A stretch of DNA of 64,000 nucleotides from an uncultured delta proteobacterium. Its GTDB lineage: Bacteria; Desulfobacterota; Zymogenia; Zymogenales; Zymogenaceae. Location of the stretch: NCBI GenBank assembly GCA_963848155.1, contig CAWKCL010000006.1, positions 485,160 through 549,159 on the forward strand, written 5' to 3'. Shown here one piece after another: positions 60,178 through 64,000 of this stretch. The notes under the pieces were generated by a model. The model made no database searches, was not told the origin of the DNA, and saw nothing but the letters and a program-made list of their open reading frames with translations. How positions within the stretch are numbered: the stretch's first letter is position 1; every line of letters starts with the position of its first letter. The translations under genes and the position numbers were made by a program.

Positions 60178-60694
60178 CAGGCGTTCTTCCCCTCCCGCAG
60201 TTTTTCGAGCCTCGGCTCGACGATCAGGAGCTGCCACGCCAGCAGCACGATGCCCACGCTGATGGCCGAATCGGCGATGTTGAATATCGGCCAGGAGAGG
60301 TTATAGATGTGCATGTGCAGGAAGTCCCGCACCTCGCCGAACATGACCCGGTCGATCAGGTTTCCGATGGCCCCGGCGAAGACCAGCGAGAGCGAGAGCA
60401 GGTAGGCCACCCGCTCCTTTTCGGCCTTCACGAAGAGAAAGAAGATCATGCCCATGGCCACCAGCGACACGCCCACCAGAAACGGGAGGCGCCGCCGTCC
60501 GGCAGGCGCGCCATCAGCCCGAAGGCCGCCCCGGTGTTCCTGATGTAGCGGATGTCGAAGAAGTTCGGGACGATCGTGATGAACTCGTTGAGGAACATGT
60601 GCCGCTCGACGATAAGCTTGGTCCACTGGTCGGACGCCACGATAACGAGGTTCACCACCCCGAACAGGAGGTATTTTGCCAATGCGCTCTTCAT
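60177..60694 (-). CDS. lspA: Lipoprotein signal peptidase II, with an indel near 60480
   Basis: N-terminus in frame 60446..60694 (VASDQWTKLIV...IRNTGAAFG). C-terminus in frame 60177.. (GAIGNLIDRV...FNIADSAISVG). Confidence 0.8.
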
Positions 60695-60705
60695 CCGGTT
60701 TGCTC

Positions 60706-63538
60706 CTACGGGCCTTCGGCCCTCAGCCCTTTCAGCCTTTCAAATTTCGCCGCGCACGACCCGCAGACCTCGGGATGGGCGGCGTCCGCGCCGATATCCT
60801 CGGTATAGTTCCAGCAGCGGGGGCACTTGGCGCCCGCCGCCTTGGCCACGGCCACGGAAAGCCCCGGGACCGTCTCGCTTGCCGTCGCCCCCGCGGGCGC
60901 GGTATCGGTAAGCACGACCCTGGAGACGATAAAGATGTCGGACAGCTGGTCGGCGTATTTCGCCAGCAGGTCTTTCTCCTTGCCCTTCGCCGCGAGCGTC
61001 ACCACGGCGTCCAGCGAATGCCCGATGACCTTGCCCCGCCGCGCCTCCTCCAGCGTCTTCTGCACCTGCTCCCTGACCTCGATGAGCTTGTCCCACGCGG
61101 CCTCGAGCGCCGTCGTCCAACAGCGAATCGTCGACCGGCGGGAACGCCGCCAGATGCACGCTTTTTTCTTTGCCGTCTCCCGGCAGCATCTCCCAGATCT
61201 CCTCGGCGGTAAACGAGAGGATCGGCGCCATGAGCCGGGTCATGCCGGAGAGGATGATGAACATCGCGCTCTGGGCCGCCCGGCGCTTGGCCGACCCCGC
61301 GGGCTCGGTGTAGAGCCGGTCCTTGAGGATATCGAGGTAGAAGGCCGAGAGCGTCACCGTGCAGAAGTTGTGGATGCTGTGGTAGATGACGTGAAACTCG
61401 AAGGCCGTGTAGGCCTCGACGATCCGTTGGCGAGCTTCGTGAACTTGATGAGAATAAAACGGTCGATCTCGGGCATGTCGGCCGGCGCGACGAGGTCCTT
61501 TTTCGGGTCGAAATCATAGAGGTTGCCCAGGATGAACCGCGCCGTGTTCCTGATGCGCCGGTAGGCCTCGGACTGCCGCTGGAGGATCTCCTGGGATATG
61601 CGGATGTCGTCCCGGTAGTCCTCGGCGCTCACCCAGAGGCGCAGCACCTCGGCCCCGAATTTGTCGATGACCTCCTCGGGGGCGATGAAGTTGCCGAGGG
61701 ATTTGCTCATCTTCTTGCCCTCGCCGTCCACGAGGAACCCGTGCGTGAGGACCTCTTTGTAGGGCGCGTGCCCCCGCGTCCCGACGGAGGCCAGCAGCGA
61801 CGAGTGGAACCACCCGCGGTGCTGGTCGCTGCCCTCGAGGTACATGTCGGGAAGGGGCTTCAGGCCCGGGCGCTTTTCGCAGACCGCGGCGTAGCTCACG
61901 CCCGAGTCAAACCAGACGTCCAGGATGTCTTCTTCCTTGGTGAACTCGGTCCCCTTGCAGGCGGGGCAGGTCAGCCCCGGCGCGGCGAGCTCCTTCACGG
62001 AGCGGTCAAACCAGGCGTCGGCGCCTTCCTTTTGCGACGAATTCGGCGACGCGCTCCAGGCTCTTCGCGTCGATGATCTCTTTTCCGCACGCGGCGCAGT
62101 AGAAGAACGTTATCGGCACGCCCCACGAGCGCTGGCGGCTGATGCACCAGTCGGGCCGGTTCTCGATCATCCCGGAGATGCGCTCCCGCCCCCACTTGGG
62201 TATCCAGCGCACCCGGTCGATCTCGGCCATCGCGTTCTTCCGAAGGCCGTTTGTCTCCATCGAGATGAACCACTGCGGCGTGGAGCGGAAGACGATCGGG
62301 TTCTTGCAGCGCCAGCAGCTCGGGTACTGGTGGGAATAGTCGCTCTTGAGGAGCAGCATCCCCAGCTCGTCGAGCTTCTTGATCACCTCGGTGTTGGTGT
62401 CGAAAACGAATTTCCCCGCGAAAAACTCCACGTCCTCGGTGAACTTGCCGTGGTCGTCCACCGGGGCGTAGATCTCCAGCCCGTACTTCAGGCCGGACTC
62501 GTAGTCCTCCTGGCCGTGGCCGGGCGCGGTATGGACGATGCCGGTGCCGGCCTCCAGCGTCACGTAATCTGCCAGTATCCCGACGGAGGGCCGGTCGTAG
62601 ATCGGGTGCTTCGCCTTCTTGCCCTCTAAGGCCGTGCCGGGAAACGTCGCCAGGACCTTGTAGTCGCCCATCCCGAAGGAATGGAGCACGCGGTCGGCCA
62701 GGTCCTCGGCCAGGATGTAGACCTCGCCGCCCTTCACTTCGGCGGCGACGTAGGTATATTCGGGGGAGAGCGCAACGGCCAGGTTTGCCGGGATCGTCCA
62801 GGGGGTCGTGGTCCAGATGACGACGAAGACCTTCTTCCCCTTCAGCGCGGGAAACTCGGCCGACAGGTCGTCGATCATCGGGAACTTGACGTAGATCGAG
62901 GGGGACACGTGGTCGTGGTATTCCACCTCGGCCTCGGCCAGCGCCGTCACGCAGGTCGAGCACCAGTAGACCGGCTTCTTGCCCCGGTAGACCGCGCCCG
63001 AGAGCGCGAACTTCGCGAGCTCGCGCACGATCGTCGCCTCGTAGTCGTAGGCCATCGTGAGGTAGGGGTCAAACCACTCCCCGAGCACGCCCAGCCGGAT
63101 GAACTCCGCGCGCTGGATGTCGATAAAGCGCTCGGCAAACGCCCGGCACTTGCGCCGGATGTCGGTCTTGCTCATCGTGGCCTTGGCCGCCCCCAGCTCC
63201 TTATCCACCTGGTGCTCGATGGGAAGGCCGTGGCAGTCCCACCCGGGGACGTAGTAGCTGTCGAAGCCCATCTTGAAGCGGGACTTGACGATGATGTCTT
63301 TGAGGATCTTGTTGAGCGCCGTGCCCAGGTGTATGTGGCCGTTGGCGTACGGCGGCCCGTCGTGAAGGATGTATTTCTCGCGGCCCTCGGAGGCCTTCTT
63401 GATCTGGTCGTAGAGGCCCATCTCGGTCCAGCGGGCCAGGAACATCGGCTCCCGCTTGGTGAGGTCGGCCTTCATGGGAAATTCGGTCTTGGGAAGGTTG
63501 AGCGTTTCTTTATAGTCCATCGTCTTCTCCGGGTGCAC
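60706..63538 (-). CDS. ileS: Isoleucyl-tRNA synthetase, split by at least three 1-nt indels
   Basis: HIGH motif ([11 protein letters not shown]) and KMSKS motif (KKMSKSLGN). C-terminal zinc finger (CPRCW...CGSC). Fragments 62006..63538, 61354..61998, 60740..61357 and 60706..61065 are colinear. Confidence 0.85.
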
Positions 63539-63629
63539 GCGTTCTCATATCTCCTTGATTTTTCAAGGGAAATAAATGTTATTAGATACCACGAAAAACG
63601 GAGAAGATGTCAAGGGGAAAAGAGGGCCA

Positions 63630-63880
63630 CTTCGGCTGTCATTGCGAGGAGGCCCGTCGGTGACCGGACGTGGCGTCAAAGGGCATAATGATGTCGCCTC
63701 CGGCGACGATTATCATTGTCATTGCGAGGAGCCGAAGGCGACGAGGCAATCTTCTGACTGTCACCGTATACCAACCGTCATTGCGAGGAGGCCAGGCGAC
63801 GCGCAATCCCTGTCGGAGACATTAAGCTTAATCGCAACGAGGAGATTGCTTCGTTGCTCCCCGCAAGAGAGGGCGTTGTA
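63630..63880 (-). repeat. Inverted copy of the CTCCTCGCAATGAC mosaic repeat cluster
   Basis: GTCATTGCGAGGAG at 63638, 63718 and 63777 (spacings of 80 and 59 nt, mirroring the 58.5-kb cluster). Shares GACTGTCACCG and GATTGCTTCGT modules. Confidence 0.65.
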
Positions 63881-64000
63881 AACGCCCGCCCTTTTAATTC
63901 CTGCCGATAGATTTATCAGAAAAGGCTTGACACTCGTTTAACATGCGTTTATCCTTCTGGCTATCCGGGGTATTTACAGATAGTACAGCCAGAATCTCTC

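Overview
This window is high-GC bacterial chromosomal DNA, densely packed with genes that sit mostly on the minus strand. Three things stand out: a possible selenocysteine codon in an alpha-2-macroglobulin gene, pervasive single-base indels that look like assembly errors, and two families of short structured repeats with an AT-rich islet between them.

Gene content from start to end:
- A two-component cluster: a sensor with a receiver domain, four PAS domains and a GAF domain (running off the window start), a stand-alone receiver, and a PAS histidine kinase.
- A crotonase-family enzyme.
- An operon of CHASE2 nucleotide cyclase, rsmE and an RDD membrane protein.
- A GT39-like membrane glycosyltransferase and a cysteine-rich 4Fe-4S protein.
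- A secreted alpha-2-macroglobulin locus: DUF2138, DUF1175, a roughly 1550-aa alpha-2-macroglobulin, a transpeptidase-only penicillin-binding protein, a hypothetical protein and a lipoprotein.
- An ECF-type ABC ATPase, a small EF-Tu-domain-II-like protein, and selA (selenocysteine synthase) with a recognisable sigma70-like promoter and an upstream terminator.
- A secreted protein with an internal tandem duplication, a PfkB kinase, a fused APH/P-loop kinase, a histone-deacetylase-family protein and a MEMO1-family protein.
- A beta-CASP MBL ribonuclease, a transglutaminase-like protein, a PQQ-type glucose/sorbosone dehydrogenase, rdgB and rph.
- An AraC regulator with a receiver-like domain, and a five-gene peptide ABC importer (substrate-binding protein plus OppB/C/D/F-like components).
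- An ADP-forming acyl-CoA synthetase and a central-metabolism block: class I fumarase alpha subunit, mdh, icd and a LeuD-like subunit.
- mlaFED, a PrsW protease and two tandem sCache_2 proteins.
- A low-GC islet carrying an XRE-family HTH regulator paired with an ImmA/IrrE peptidase.
- lgt, lspA and ileS.

A strong caveat applies to every frameshift call below. The assembly carries many 1-nt indels, all inside A/T homopolymer runs. They hit essential genes such as ileS, lspA and mdh. I therefore read the frameshifts as sequencing or assembly artefacts, not pseudogenisation.

The most interesting signal is in the alpha-2-macroglobulin gene. An in-frame TGA sits exactly at the thioester cysteine of the conserved GYPYG-C-xEQ motif. 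Twelve nucleotides downstream there is a perfect 8-bp hairpin with a GUU loop, which matches the geometry of a bacterial SECIS element. selA lies 8 kb away in the same window. Together these make a candidate selenocysteine-containing alpha-2-macroglobulin, which would form a selenoester.

Two further signals concern repeats. One is a family of covarying palindromic hairpins of the form CGTAGGG–N6–NN–N6'–CCC. The other is a pair of inverted CTCCTCGCAATGAC mosaic repeat clusters that flank lgt–lspA–ileS, with the AT-rich XRE/ImmA islet beside them.
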